A DNA stretch of 63,077 bases, counting the filler, from Octopus bimaculoides (Eukaryota): the NCBI RefSeq assembly GCF_001194135.2. It is 6 parts of 6 records of this genome, joined end to end, with 100 filler letters (N's around TTAATTAATTAA, not from the genome) between each part and the next. Parts side by side here need not be neighbours in the genome. Positions count along the whole stretch, not along the records: positions 59,838 to 63,077 come from NW_026429234.1; 5 more parts are not named here. One strand, written 5' to 3'. Positions 62,873 to 63,077 of this stretch are shown one piece after another. Under the pieces are notes generated by a model. It was not told where the DNA came from. It saw only the letters and a program-made list of their open reading frames with translations, and ran no database searches. Position numbers and translations under genes: made by a program. The first letter of the stretch is position 1, and each line of letters starts with the position of its first letter.

Positions 62873-63077
62873 TTCGTGTCTATTTGAGAGGCTGAGAGGG
62901 AGAGAGAGAGAGAGAGATAGAGAGATAATGTTCGTATCTATTTGAGAGGCTGAGAGAAGAAAGACGTGACAGAGAGAAGTGAAAAGACAGAGAAAGAGGT
63001 GTGATGGAGAGAAGTGAAAAGACAAAAAGAGAGGGGGTATGTATTTATGATAAAGGTTGAGGGTCTGAGAGAAGAAA
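62779..63077. repeat. GA-rich tract with 30-bp direct repeat upstream of the LINE
   Basis: AATGTTCGT(G/A)TCTATTTGAGAGGCTGAGAG near 62870 and 62928, embedded in (GA)n. Confidence 0.8.

Overview
This is AT-rich, gap-ridden (many N runs) eukaryotic genomic DNA saturated with (AC)n/(AT)n/(GA)n/(GATA)n microsatellites. The SINE repertoire and composition suggest an octopus or other coleoid cephalopod (inference). Five 100-bp gaps carry an artificial TTAATTAATTAA linker, so adjacency across them is not guaranteed. I can support no recognisable host gene; the only host-like candidate is one orphan ~198-codon open frame (28730-29326, minus). Nearly all other non-simple sequence is transposon debris: (1) a near-full-length CR1/L2-group LINE whose ORF1 has a Myb/SANT-like N-terminus and a CCCH-like knuckle; (2) RTE, CR1, CRE-like and RLE (R4/Dong-like) non-LTR fragments; (3) at least seven Penelope-like (PLE) fragments; (4) a foldback MULE, two mariners, pogo/Tigger MITEs, hAT/Buster elements and Helitron-like ends; (5) many tRNA-derived SINEs, including all four combinations of two heads and two tails. 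The strongest signal is a set of minimal hammerhead-ribozyme motifs tied to PLE-like repeats. Three of them carry the compensatory U3-A8 core (TTGANAA) instead of C3-G8 (CTGANGA), and the one at 12967-13011 is structurally complete. All alignments were done by eye; no database search or folding was run.
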